Below the pieces are notes generated by a model. That model was not told the DNA's origin, searched no databases, and was given only the letters and a program-made list of their open reading frames with translations. Both the position numbers and the translations under genes were made by a program. This document shows, piece by piece, positions 1 to 9,949 of a stretch of DNA of 31,658 nt; within the stretch, counting starts at the first letter, position 1; every line of letters begins with the position of its first letter. Source of the stretch: Coleofasciculus chthonoplastes F2-STO-03 (GTDB lineage: Bacteria; Cyanobacteriota; Cyanobacteriia; Cyanobacteriales; Coleofasciculaceae); NCBI GenBank assembly GCA_040222015.1, contig JAVJWO010000061.1, positions 1-31,658 of the forward strand. Direction: 5' to 3'.

Positions 1-160
1 CTGAATCGGAGCTAAGACTAAAAGTCTTATAAACGCACTAAGATTTTTACCCAGTAGATGCGTTACTGTAACAAATAGTCTCTACTGGAACCGCTTATCT
101 TAAGTTTTCTAGGTTCTATAGGTCGTGCCGAACAAGTTAAAAAACTGCCGCCGTACCTGA
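1..160 (-). ncRNA. Candidate structured RNA in the transposon leader (partial)
   Basis: Five complementary pairs within about 105 nt: 13-18/24-29, 51-58/81-88, 88-92/112-116, and the crossing pairs 32-37/59-64 and 39-44/97-102. A TACAAT -10-like hexamer lies on the minus strand near 166-171. Confidence 0.4.
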
Positions 161-263
161 TACTATTGTATAGTATTATTGGGTACTTAACAACTATTTT
201 GTTTCGCTAACCCCATCTAAATCAAAGATTCTAGATAGGGACTGCGCTCAACTTTCGTTCAAC
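1..263 (-). mobile_element. Probable left end of an IS200/IS605-family element running off the left edge, followed by a structured non-coding leader
   Basis: Minus strand reads TTGAAC..GCGCAG, hairpin CCCTATCTA/TAGATGGGG (211-240), then TTAGCG. This is the same GCG-hairpin-AGCG layout as the two ends upstream of tnpB at 31165-31221 and 31405-31464. No gene of the element lies inside the window. Confidence 0.5.
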
Positions 264-308
264 AAGGCAGAGGGTAGTGATGGGGGAGATGGAGATGGGG
301 GAGATTAT

Positions 309-372
309 GTAGGGGCTCACTTTCACTACTATCTTTTTGGTTACACCCAGATGTAACTAAACCCGCCCCGAC
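309..372. repeat. Degenerate GTAG REP-like palindrome (GTAGGGGCGGGTTT...AAACCCGCCCC family)
   Basis: GTAGGGGC at 309 and TAACTAAACCCGCCCC at the right end. Related copies at 2146, 6457 and 26818. Confidence 0.7.
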
Positions 373-378
373 TAAATA

Positions 379-409
379 ACGAATGACGAATGACGAATGA
401 CGAATGACG
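379..409. repeat. Heptamer tandem repeat (AATGACG)n, STRR-like
   Basis: About 4 direct copies are visible; typical of filamentous cyanobacteria. Confidence 0.85.
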
Positions 410-667
410 TTCCCGAAATTTGAGATATAAGAGATTCAAATAGAAAGACAGGGGTAGGATAACACCAAAGATTTTGTGAACCTTTACTAAAGTCTACAGC
501 CGTTAGACGAAATTCTCTACTCCAGAAGTGTTTATAGCAGTAGTTTTCCGGAAGGTTCATTCCTTGAGCAGTCTTTCCTTGCCATGGTTATAGGGGTAGA
601 AACAAGGTCAGCCATTCTTGATTCTGAGTTTTTCACTCAATCGTTACGTTTACCTTGAACACTTGCC

Positions 668-696
668 TTGACAAATGGTCTCCGCACAGATAATAT
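668..696 (+). promoter_or_regulatory. Candidate sigma70-type promoter upstream of the PyrC-like gene
   Basis: TTGACA (668-673), a 17-nt spacer, then TAATAT (691-696). Confidence 0.4.
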
Positions 697-827
697 TTTT
701 GACTTTGTTCAACAACCAACAATCATCAAATCCGGGGATTTCTTATTTGTCAAGTATTTGGCTGTCTGGCAACCGAAAAATGACTAACTGAACCCTCCGT
801 CCTTAAATTCCCCATTGTGTGTTTCCC

Positions 828-2105
828 ATGACTAATGAACTACTGCAACAAGTCCGGATTTTAGATCCGGTGTCTGGAACCGACGAACTCGCGGATGTGC
901 TAATTACAAATGGCATGATCAAGGCTGTTGCACCAAAAATTGCGGAGTGGTCAAGTGATACTGTGGTGCGGGATTGCCAAGGTCTAATTTTAGGGACTGG
1001 CTTAGTTGATCTTTACAGTCATTCGGGGGAACCCGGATATGAGGAACGAGAAACGTGGGCATCACTTCTGGCGGCGGCGACGGCGGGAGGCTTTACCCGA
1101 CTAGCCATTTTGCCGGATACAGTACCACCATTAGATAATCCCTCTGGACTTGCCCCTGTGCGCCAGCAGGAACATTCCCATCCCAGCCACTCTTCTCCTC
1201 ACCTATATTACTGGGGTGCGATAACCCAGGGCGTGGAAGGACAACAGATGACGGAACTAGCTGAGTTAGCCGCCGCAGGCGTCGTGGGTTTCGCCGATGG
1301 GCGTCCTTTATCGAATCTGGCTTTACTGCGGCGAGTGTTAGAATACCTGCGCCCGTTACAACTACCGATAGCGTTGTGGGCGTGTGACCCAAAGTTAAAG
1401 GGAAATGGGGTGATGCGGGAAGGGGCGAACTCTATCCGTTTTGGTATCCCCGGAAATCCCGCCATGTCAGAATCAGCCGCCTTATCTGCCATCTTAGAAG
1501 TGGTGAGTGCGATCGCGACTCCGGTACATTTGATGCGGATATCAACCCGTCGCGGTGTGGAACTGATTCAAGAAGCGAAAGCACGAGGGGTTCCAGTAAC
1601 CGCGAGTACCTCTTGGATGCATTTGCTGCTGGATACTCAAGAGTTAAGCAATTATAATCCCAATTTACGTCTAGACCCCCCATTAGGCAATCCCGATGAC
1701 CGCATCGCCCTCATCGAAGGCATTCGGGATGGCGTGATTGATGCCATTGCCATTGACCATACCCCCTACACCTACGAAGAGAAAACCGTTGCCTTTGCCG
1801 AAGCGCCACCAGGAGTCATTGGTTTAGAGTTAGCGTTACCCTTGCTTTGGCAAAATTTAGTGGACACGGGCGTATGTTCAGCGTTGCAACTGTGGCAAAC
1901 TATTAGCACAAATCCAGCGTTTTGTCTAGGTCAATCCCCCGCCAAGATTGCCAATGAGCAACCCGCCGAACTGGTGTTATTTGACCCGCAGCCGAGTTGG
2001 ACAGTGGCACAAGATACCCTGAAATCCCTCTCCAGGAATACACCGTGGTTTGGGAAAAAACTTAGGGGACGCACGGTTCAAACTTGGTCAGGACAGGGGA
2101 AGTAG
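828..2105 (+). CDS. pyrC: Dihydroorotase family protein (multifunctional-complex type; probably an inactive PyrC'-like form)
   Basis: Motifs GLVDLYSHSGEPG, AATAGGFT, PPL..DDR.ALIEG, AIDHTP, F.EAPPG.IGLE and NTPW.G. ATG at 828; alternative GTG at 819. Confidence 0.88.
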   Translation: MTNELLQQVRILDPVSGTDELADVLITNGMIKAVAPKIAEWSSDTVVRDCQGLILGTGLVDLYSHSGEPGYEERETWASLLAAATAGGFTRLAILPDTVPPLDNPSGLAPVRQQEHSHPSHSSPHLYYWGAITQGVEGQQMTELAELAAAGVVGFADGRPLSNLALLRRVLEYLRPLQLPIALWACDPKLKGNGVMREGANSIRFGIPGNPAMSESAALSAILEVVSAIATPVHLMRISTRRGVELIQEAKARGVPVTASTSWMHLLLDTQELSNYNPNLRLDPPLGNPDDRIALIEGIRDGVIDAIAIDHTPYTYEEKTVAFAEAPPGVIGLELALPLLWQNLVDTGVCSALQLWQTISTNPAFCLGQSPAKIANEQPAELVLFDPQPSWTVAQDTLKSLSRNTPWFGKKLRGRTVQTWSGQGK

Positions 2106-2150
2106 GGAAGCAGGGGAAGCAGGGGAAGCAGGGGAAGCAGGGGAAGTAGG
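2095..2150. repeat. 9-bp tandem repeat (GCAGGGGAA)n
   Basis: About 5-6 copies, overlapping the stop codon of the PyrC-like gene. Confidence 0.85.
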
Positions 2151-2207
2151 GGCGGGTTTGACGGATAACTTATGGCGCCAAACCGATAACTTAACTAAAC
2201 CCGCCCT
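2146..2207. repeat. GTAG REP-like palindrome
   Basis: GTAGGGGCGGGTTT ... TAACTAAACCCGCCCT. Confidence 0.8.
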
Positions 2208-2482
2208 TTCGTTACCCAGTTCGATAAGGAAATGTCTCGGTTGAGGCTATGCTTCCCTTGAAATATAACATTTAAATACATAACTTTATAAACCCACTTA
2301 TTTTCAATTTTTGGAAAAGATCAAAAATTTATTATCTATTGCCTTTAATGAGAACGATTGCCTTAAATACCAGTGAAGCTGATCGTAAAGATCAAACCGT
2401 GTCAAGCCGTGGGCTACTTATATTGTTATACTGCCACTGGGAGATACTATTCAATCAAGACTCGATAACCAGATAACCACTC

Positions 2483-5146
2483 ATGCAGCCCACCGACGCC
2501 AGCAAATTTACCGACAAAGCCTGGGAAGCGATCGTTAAATCCCAAGACGTTGCCCGCCGCTGTCGCAATCAACAGCTAGAAGTTGAACATCTGGCGATCG
2601 CACTCTTGGAACAAGAGGGGTTAGCCGCCCGGATTCTATCACGGGTGACGGTGGATGTGCCAAGGTTTAAGCAGCAGTTGGAAGCCTTCGCCAACCGCCA
2701 AGCTAAGGTGAATAATGTTGACCAACTCTACCTGGGGCGAGGCTTGGATATTATGCTGGATAATGCCGAGGCATCTAGAGTCGCCCTGCAAGATGACTAT
2801 ATTGCGGTTGAGCATTTACTTTTGGGATTAGCCGCCGATGAACGCATCGGACGCCGCTTATTTAAAAGCTTTGACCTGGATAGTACCAAACTCGAAGCCG
2901 CCGTTAAAGCAATTCGGGGTTCGCAAAAAGTCACCGATCAAAGTCCAGAATCCCGCTATGAAGCGCTAGAGAAATTTGGGCGGGATTTGACCGAACAAGC
3001 CAAAGCCGGGAAACTTGACCCGGTAATCGGGCGGGATGAAGAGATTCGTCGAGTCGTCCAAGTCTTATCCCGCCGTTCCAAAAATAACCCAGTGCTAATT
3101 GGAGAACCCGGTGTCGGCAAAACCGCGATCGCAGAAGGATTGGCACAACGCATAATTAATGGAGATGTACCCGAATCCCTCAAGGAACGCCAGTTGATTT
3201 CCCTGGATATGGGGAGTTTAATTGCTGGGGCGAAATATAGAGGGGAATTTGAAGACAGACTCCGCGCCGTCTTACGGGAAGTTACCCAGTCCGATGGGCA
3301 TATTGTCCTGTTTATTGATGAATTGCATACCGTTGTCGGTACCGGATCAGGTCAAGGAACCATGGATGCCGGGAATTTACTCAAACCCATGCTAGCACGA
3401 GGCGAATTGCGCTGTATTGGTGCCACCACCTTAGATGAGTACCGCAAGCATATTGAAAAAGACGCCGCCTTGGAACGACGGTTTCAACAGGTACTGGTGC
3501 GACAACCAACGGTAGAAAATACGATCTCTATTTTACGGGGACTCAAGGAACGCTACGAAGTTCACCATAATGTAACCATTACCGACTCCGCCTTAGTCGC
3601 CGCCGCGACGCTATCCAATCGCTATATTAGCGATCGCTTTTTGCCCGATAAAGCCATTGATTTAGTCGATGAAGCCGCCGCCAAGCTGAAAATGGAGATT
3701 ACCTCCAAACCCGTGGAACTCGAAGCCATTGATCGCAGGCTGATGCAGCTAAAGATGGAAAAGCTATCCCTAGAAGCTGAAAGTCAGCGCCAAGGTGTCG
3801 CCGCCGTAAGTAGTGCCTATCAGTCATCCCAAGAACGGTTAGATCGGATTGAGCAAGAAATAGAACAACTCGAAACCAATCATCAACAGCTTAACGGACA
3901 ATGGCAATCGGAAAAACAACTTTTAGAAGAAATTAATGACCTGAAAAAAGAAGAAGACCAACTTCGGGTTAAAATTGAGCAAGCAGAACGCGCTTATGAT
4001 TTAAATCAAGCCGCCCAGCTTAAGTATGGACAATTAGAAGTACTCCAGCACGATCGCGAAGCCAAAGAGACGATGATGCTGGAACTCCAGGCAAAGGGTT
4101 CCGCCTTACTCCGGGAACAAGTCACCGAAGCCGATATTGCCGAAATTGTCGCCAAGTGGACAGGGATTCCCCTAAAACGATTGCTGGAGTCGGAACGCCA
4201 GAAACTGTTGCAGCTAGAAGGACATTTGCATAAACGGGTGATTGGGCAAGGCGAAGCCGTGGAAGCCGTCGCCGCCGCCATTCGTCGCGCTAGGGCGGGG
4301 ATGAAAGATCCCGGACGCCCTATCGGTTCATTCCTCTTCTTGGGACCCACAGGGGTGGGTAAAACGGAATTGGCGCGGGCTTTGGCACAGTTTCTCTTTG
4401 ACAGCGAGGATGCATTAGTCCGGATTGATATGTCCGAGTATATGGAGAAACACGCCGTTTCCCGGTTAATTGGCGCCCCTCCAGGATATGTGGGCTATGA
4501 AGAAGGGGGACAAATCACAGAAGCCATTCGCCGCCGCCCTTACTCGGTGGTGTTGCTGGATGAAGTGGAAAAAGCACACCGGGATGTATTTAACATTTTA
4601 TTACAAGTCCTTGACGATGGACGCATCACCGACTCCCAAGGGCGAACCGTGGATTTCCGCAATACGATTATTGTCATGACCAGTAATATTGGCAGTGATC
4701 ATATTCTCAGTGTGGCAGGGGATGATACCCAGTATGAGGAGATGCGGAAACGGGTAACTGAGGCATTGAGAAAGCAGTTTCGTCCCGAATTTGTCAATCG
4801 TGTCGATGATATTATTATCTTCCATACCCTGACGCGCAAGGAACTGCGGCAAATTGTCGAGATTCAACTGAAACGGATTGAACGGTTGTTAGCGGATCAG
4901 AAAATCTCCATTGAACTGTCCCCGGCGGCTCTAGACTATGTGGTGAATGTCGGCTATGATCCTGTTTACGGGGCGCGTCCTCTGAAACGGGCAATCCAAC
5001 GGGAACTCGAAAACCCCATTGCCACCAAACTATTAGAAAACACATTTGGTGCCGGCGATACAATCCTCGTCGATTGTGTGGATAACGCCCTCACCTTTCA
5101 GAAAAAGGAGGCGGTAAATTTGCCGGAACCGCAATCGGTACATTGA
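2483..5146 (+). CDS. clpB: ATP-dependent chaperone ClpB (cyanobacterial ClpB2-like N-terminus)
   Basis: Two AAA+ modules ([13 protein letters not shown] and [17 protein letters not shown]), a coiled-coil middle domain, and YGARPLKR; 887 aa. Confidence 0.97.
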   Translation: MQPTDASKFTDKAWEAIVKSQDVARRCRNQQLEVEHLAIALLEQEGLAARILSRVTVDVPRFKQQLEAFANRQAKVNNVDQLYLGRGLDIMLDNAEASRVALQDDYIAVEHLLLGLAADERIGRRLFKSFDLDSTKLEAAVKAIRGSQKVTDQSPESRYEALEKFGRDLTEQAKAGKLDPVIGRDEEIRRVVQVLSRRSKNNPVLIGEPGVGKTAIAEGLAQRIINGDVPESLKERQLISLDMGSLIAGAKYRGEFEDRLRAVLREVTQSDGHIVLFIDELHTVVGTGSGQGTMDAGNLLKPMLARGELRCIGATTLDEYRKHIEKDAALERRFQQVLVRQPTVENTISILRGLKERYEVHHNVTITDSALVAAATLSNRYISDRFLPDKAIDLVDEAAAKLKMEITSKPVELEAIDRRLMQLKMEKLSLEAESQRQGVAAVSSAYQSSQERLDRIEQEIEQLETNHQQLNGQWQSEKQLLEEINDLKKEEDQLRVKIEQAERAYDLNQAAQLKYGQLEVLQHDREAKETMMLELQAKGSALLREQVTEADIAEIVAKWTGIPLKRLLESERQKLLQLEGHLHKRVIGQGEAVEAVAAAIRRARAGMKDPGRPIGSFLFLGPTGVGKTELARALAQFLFDSEDALVRIDMSEYMEKHAVSRLIGAPPGYVGYEEGGQITEAIRRRPYSVVLLDEVEKAHRDVFNILLQVLDDGRITDSQGRTVDFRNTIIVMTSNIGSDHILSVAGDDTQYEEMRKRVTEALRKQFRPEFVNRVDDIIIFHTLTRKELRQIVEIQLKRIERLLADQKISIELSPAALDYVVNVGYDPVYGARPLKRAIQRELENPIATKLLENTFGAGDTILVDCVDNALTFQKKEAVNLPEPQSVH

Positions 5147-5397
5147 ACGGGTTTCGTAAAAAATCTTCATCAAATTTCCATTAAAACCTCTCCCGAATTC
5201 AGCTACTATTCAGTTAAGACCAGAATCCAGCAGAGGGGCATCTGTATAAAAAAAACTGTATAAAAAACCTTAAACGTTCGTAGTAAGCGCTTTAGCGCCA
5301 TCAGCGCCTCAGCACTAACGACAAACACTTAAGCAGATTGTCTTCTCAACTAGGCAAAAGTGACATTTGACTTTTGACCTTTAACTTTTGACTTGTT

Positions 5398-6381
5398 ATG
5401 TCCCTTACCTTCACCGTCGCGATTCCCACGTATAATGGCGGAATCCGAATCCCCGAAGTATTAGAACGACTGCGCCGCCAAACGGGTACAGAATCGATTC
5501 GCTGGGAAGTTATCGTTATTGATAATAACAGTACCGATAACACAGCAGAGATTGTTAAAGCTTATCAGGAAAACTGGTCTCCCGACACTCCCCTACGATA
5601 CTGCGTTGAGGCAAAACAAGGAGCAGGATTTGCCCGACAGTTAGCCGTTAAGGAAGCCCAAGCCCCCCTAATTGGCTTTTTAGATGATGATAACATTCCC
5701 GCCCTCAACTGGGTGGCTGCCGCCGTTGCCTTTGCTCAAGCCTATCCCCAGTCTGGGGCGTATGGGAGTCAAATCCATCCCGACTTTGAAGTACCGCCTC
5801 CAGACAGCTTAGGACCTATCTTACCCTTTCTCGCGATCGCAGAACGCGGCGAGGAACCTTTTCGCTACGAACCCCGCCACAAATTATTACCCCCTGCCGC
5901 CGGATTAGTTATCCGGAAACAGGCTTATCTTGACAGTGTTCCCAGTCACCTGATTTTAACAGGCAGAATTCAGGGAAATATGCTCACCGGGGAAGACTTG
6001 GAAATGTTAAGTTATATGCAGCTCAACGGCTGGGAAATTTGGTATAATCCAGCCATGGAAATTGACCATAAAATCCCCCAGAAACGCTTACAGCGAGACT
6101 ATTTAATTCCCTTTATGCGCGGCATTGGACTCAGCCGTTTTGTCACCCGCATGTTAAGTGTTAAGCCTTGGCAACGCCCCTTAGCTTTTGTTGCCTATAC
6201 CGTTAACGACTTACGGAAACTTATTATTCACAGCCTTAAATATCAGGGTAAACGTCAATCGGATTTAGTCGCCGCTTGTCAATGGCAACTCGTTTTGAGT
6301 AGTTTAGAGAGTCCATTCTATTTATACAAAAATGGCTATTTTAATCGCCCGAACCAAATCATTACCCTGAAAGGTAAGTAG
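5398..6381 (+). CDS. hpsE: Hormogonium polysaccharide glycosyltransferase, HpsE family (GT2)
   Basis: TVAIPTYNG, VIDNNSTD, GFLDDDN and GEDLE motifs; located near hpsA and the pseudopilin genes. Confidence 0.8.
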   Translation: MSLTFTVAIPTYNGGIRIPEVLERLRRQTGTESIRWEVIVIDNNSTDNTAEIVKAYQENWSPDTPLRYCVEAKQGAGFARQLAVKEAQAPLIGFLDDDNIPALNWVAAAVAFAQAYPQSGAYGSQIHPDFEVPPPDSLGPILPFLAIAERGEEPFRYEPRHKLLPPAAGLVIRKQAYLDSVPSHLILTGRIQGNMLTGEDLEMLSYMQLNGWEIWYNPAMEIDHKIPQKRLQRDYLIPFMRGIGLSRFVTRMLSVKPWQRPLAFVAYTVNDLRKLIIHSLKYQGKRQSDLVAACQWQLVLSSLESPFYLYKNGYFNRPNQIITLKGK

Positions 6382-6456
6382 GTGAGCATAAATAAACTCA
6401 CCCCTCAATCCTGCTTGATTAAGGCGAGCAGGGGGAGCAGGAGAAAAAAGGGAATT

Positions 6457-6517
6457 GTAGGGGCGGGTTTTACCACTAACGTTTGCTTTGACAAGCTAAT
6501 ATAACTAAACCCGCCCC
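6457..6517. repeat. GTAG REP-like palindrome
   Basis: GTAGGGGCGGGTTT ... TAACTAAACCCGCCCC. Confidence 0.8.
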
Positions 6518-6540
6518 AAAGGATTACCAGTATTCTGCGA

Positions 6541-6575
6541 CAAATGACCAATGACAAATGACCAATGACCAATGA
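6541..6575. repeat. Heptamer tandem repeat (CMAATGA)n, STRR-like
   Basis: About 5 copies of CAAATGA/CCAATGA just upstream of the ATG at 6583. Confidence 0.8.
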
Positions 6576-6582
6576 GTAAACA

Positions 6583-7500
6583 ATGTCTATAGACTTTACA
6601 GTAGCGATTCCTACATATAATGGTGCCAGCCGTTTGCCGAAGCTATTGGAGAAACTGCGACAGCAAATAGGTTTAGACCAAATTTCCTGGGAAATAATTG
6701 TTGTTGATAATAACAGTAGCGATAATACCGCCCAAGTGGTGCAGGAGTATCAACAAAACTGGCTAGTCGATGTTCCCTTAACCTATATCTTGGAACCGGA
6801 ACAAGGTGCCGCTTTTGCCAGATTACGGGCGGTGCAAGCGGCGCAGGGGGAACTGATTGGATTTTTAGATGATGATAACTTACCCAATCCAGACTGGATA
6901 GCCCAAGCTTATAGCTTTGCCAAAGAACATCCCCAAGCGGGTGCATTGAGTGGACAAATTCATGGGGACTTTGAAGTCGAACCGCCGGAAAATTTTCAAC
7001 GTATCCAAGCCTTTTTAGCGATTCGAGAACATGGTTCCACACCCCATCAATTTGAACCGCAAAATTTGAGATTACCGCCAGCGGCTTCATTGGTGGTGCG
7101 GAAAAAAGCCTGGAGTGAAACTGTGCCGTCCCGTCCCACATTAACAGGTAAATTACCCGGAGTGATGATACAGGGGGATGATTATGAACCCTTACTGTAC
7201 ATATATAAAGCTGGGTGGGAAATTTGGTATCATCCAGATTTGCATACTTATCATCAAATACCCCACTGGCGATTAGAACGGAATTATCTACTCTTTATTT
7301 GTCGGGGTTGTGGTTTAGCCACATGTCAATTGCGGATGATCAATGCCAATGCTTGGCAAAAACCCATAATTTTTATCCGCACATTTCTAGGAAATTTACG
7401 TCGAGTTGTCCTTCATGTCGCCAAATATCGAAATCAACTTAAAACCAATCTCGTTGCTGCCTGTGAAATGGAATTTTTTTGGGGAAGTTTAATGAGTTAA
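6583..7500 (+). CDS. HpsE-family GT2 glycosyltransferase, copy A (probably clipped by about 10 aa)
   Basis: GT2 motifs; near-identical to 12184-13134. After the TAA at 7498 the frame continues FFLFKKYKI* (to 7530), which parallels the tail of copy B. Confidence 0.85.
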   Translation: MSIDFTVAIPTYNGASRLPKLLEKLRQQIGLDQISWEIIVVDNNSSDNTAQVVQEYQQNWLVDVPLTYILEPEQGAAFARLRAVQAAQGELIGFLDDDNLPNPDWIAQAYSFAKEHPQAGALSGQIHGDFEVEPPENFQRIQAFLAIREHGSTPHQFEPQNLRLPPAASLVVRKKAWSETVPSRPTLTGKLPGVMIQGDDYEPLLYIYKAGWEIWYHPDLHTYHQIPHWRLERNYLLFICRGCGLATCQLRMINANAWQKPIIFIRTFLGNLRRVVLHVAKYRNQLKTNLVAACEMEFFWGSLMS

Positions 7501-7544
7501 TTTTTTCTATTTAAAAAGTACAAAATATAAGGTTTATGTAAACT

Positions 7545-8675
7545 ATGCATGTTTTAGTTTTAGAAGAAAATCCATCAACAGTTGGCGGCAAAGAACGAAG
7601 TACACTAGATATTTGCTATAGTTTATATCAGCGGGGACATCATATTCATCTGCTTTATGCCAAAGAAGGAGATTTACTACCTGATTATCAGAAGCTTTGT
7701 GATCAAGTCATTCAAATCAACACGTTTAAAATCAGTCATGATCAATCTTTAACAACTCACGTTCTATTCCGTTTAGGGAGTAACCTCGTCAAAATCTATA
7801 ACATCCGGGGGGATATTGTCTATATCAATCAGTACAATGACAGTCTGTTTGCTAGCGCTTTAGCGTTATTCAAAAATATTCCTCTCCTGTGTCACCTCCG
7901 CCACCCACCTCCACAAACGATGTATAAAAAATGGAGATTTGGTCTTAAAGGTGTCAAGCAATTTATTGCGATTTCCCATCAGACGAAACAGGATTGGGTT
8001 AATCAAGGATTTCCCGAAAATAAAATAGCCGTAGTTTATAATGGAATTAAACCGACATTATTCACTCTAGCCGAAAACTTGTCTTTAGTTAAGAATCAAT
8101 GGGGTATTGATCAAGGGACAAAAGTAATAGCTTATGTGGGAAGACTGGATAAATCTAAGGGATTAGAAACTCTCATTCGTGGGTTTAAGTCTGTCTTAAA
8201 AGCAGGGATCAATGCTATTTTATTAATAGCGGGTAAACCTTATCTTGAAAATTTAAATTATCAAAACTATCTGGAAAAAATTGCCGATGAACTAGGAGTA
8301 AAAACAGCGATTAAATTTACCGGACACCTAGAGAATCCAATTTGGGTTTATCAAATTAGTGATGTTACCGTTCTACCGAGTCTAGATTCTGAACCATTCG
8401 GGCGATCAATTATTGAATCAATGGCTTGTGGTACGCCAGTTATCAACAGTTGTACTGGAGGAATTCCCGAAATTTTAACAGGAGAATTTAAAGTTGGCTT
8501 GTTTAAGCCAGGGAATGAACAGGATTTATCAACTGTACTCACCAAACTGATAAAGTGGCGTGAAACAGACCCAACTTTTTCTCAGCGATGCCGTAACCAT
8601 ATTGTAGAACATTTCAACTTGGATAGAACCGTGAACGGGGTTGAGCAAATTATGCTAAACCTTGTTAAAAAATGA
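7545..8675 (+). CDS. Glycosyltransferase family 4 (GT-B fold)
   Basis: GG.E in the N-terminus, VYNG, YVGRLD..KG, and EPFGRSIIESMACGTPVI (E-x7-E). AT-rich. Confidence 0.9.
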   Translation: MHVLVLEENPSTVGGKERSTLDICYSLYQRGHHIHLLYAKEGDLLPDYQKLCDQVIQINTFKISHDQSLTTHVLFRLGSNLVKIYNIRGDIVYINQYNDSLFASALALFKNIPLLCHLRHPPPQTMYKKWRFGLKGVKQFIAISHQTKQDWVNQGFPENKIAVVYNGIKPTLFTLAENLSLVKNQWGIDQGTKVIAYVGRLDKSKGLETLIRGFKSVLKAGINAILLIAGKPYLENLNYQNYLEKIADELGVKTAIKFTGHLENPIWVYQISDVTVLPSLDSEPFGRSIIESMACGTPVINSCTGGIPEILTGEFKVGLFKPGNEQDLSTVLTKLIKWRETDPTFSQRCRNHIVEHFNLDRTVNGVEQIMLNLVKK

Positions 8676-9018
8676 ACGCTTATCCTTAGTTTATTGATGA
8701 ATAAACTTAAGATTTATGCCAAAAATATCCGGGTCTTCCGGACTTAGTGGGCTAAACTATCAGCTTTAATGAACCAGGAAGCTTGCCACACAAGGACTGC
8801 CGCTTTTCACCGCCTCAAAACTCTCTTGAAATCCGGGTAAAATTGGTTAAAGCTATTGCTGTCCCATATTCCGGCAAATCAAACTAACAATTTAGCACAC
8901 TAACTACGGAAGACCCCGATTTTTTACGAGATTTGATCGGATTTTTAATACCACAACATTATTAGGTTATTTGAAATTCTCTTGATTTCGTCAGTATTAT
9001 TAATTTTATAAACAGAAA

Positions 9019-9270
9019 ATGGATAGACCAACTATATCGGTTATTATTCCCGTTTTTAACGGCGAAATTACTATTAAATAAACGATCAAATCCATCTTAA
9101 ACCAAACCTTTCAAGATTTTTAAATTATTGTCATTAATGATGGATCTCAAGATAAAACATTAGACATAATTGAGAGTTTTAATTGTCCCCATATCAAAGT
9201 CTTCTCCTATACCAACAGGGGACCAGCCGTGAGTCGCAATCGAGGTCTTGACCACGCCAGGGGTGAATTT
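9019..9270 (+). pseudogene. N-terminal fragment of a GT2 glycosyltransferase with two in-frame stops
   Basis: Translates MDRPTISVIIPVFNGEITIK*TIKSILNQTFQDF*IIVINDGSQD...SRNRGLDHARGEF, with TAA at 9079 and 9121. Collinear with the GT2s at 13155 and 15042, and ends before the FLDADD motif. Confidence 0.85.
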
Positions 9271-9864
9271 AGGATGAAGCAAAAAACTCAAGCATTTATT
9301 GAAATCTTGGATACCTTAGCCTTAGAACAGCAGAAATCTTATTGGCTGGAAAAATCCCCCCATCATTTGAGTTATATCGATATTATTGAAAAATATGTCC
9401 CCGACCCGAAATTTATTCATCTGGTTCGGAACGGGGAAGATGTGATTGCCTCCATGTATGAAGCTGTTAATACCTATGCCAATTGGGGAGAACGCTATCG
9501 CCATAGTTTAGATGCCTGTATTCAGCAATGGATATGGTCAATTCAGCTAACCCAAAACCAATTACATAAACCGAATCATAAACGGGTCAGCTATGAAACC
9601 TTAGTCGCCAATCCTCAAGCCGTACTGCAAGACCTAGCGGCATTTATTGGCATCGACTATCAGGAAACGATGCTGCAAGGCTATCAAACCGTCGCCAAAC
9701 AGGTCGTCTTAGACACCGAATCCTGGAAATCCCAGGTTTACCAACCAATTCACAATGCCAATTCCCGGAAATTCCACCAGGTTTTCGATGACCAGCAACA
9801 GGATTATATCCGGGAACGACTCTCGGTTGTCAATTATCCTGAATGGGTAGGGAAATCCGAATAG
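9271..9864 (+). pseudogene. Sulfotransferase family protein, N-terminally truncated and joined in frame to the GT2 remnant
   Basis: WLEKSPHH, KFIHLVRNGEDVIAS (3'-PB-like) and SYETLVANP are present. The N-terminal PAPS-binding G.PRSGTT-type motif is absent. Confidence 0.75.
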
Positions 9865-9949
9865 GCGGCGGGGGTAAATCCTATCGCCCATCACCTGGGG
9901 AATCCCGCAGAATTATCATGAATACCTAAAATCTAATCATGAGAGACCT

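Noticed and set aside
372..560. 62-aa minus-strand ORF
   Set aside because: Its C-terminus (FVIRHSSFVI) is just the heptamer repeat translated, and no domain is recognisable.
2050..2244. 64-aa ORF with EAG repeats
   Set aside because: It is a translation of the 9-bp microsatellite and the REP palindrome, and overlaps pyrC.
7498..9123. In-frame TAA codons as evidence of stop-codon reassignment
   Set aside because: TAA ends many intact genes here (rpmB, GT2s, tnpB), and the internal stops are confined to one decaying cassette.
9229..9864. 211-aa ORF as an intact gene
   Set aside because: Its first 14 codons belong to the GT2 remnant, and the sulfotransferase lacks its N-terminal motif.
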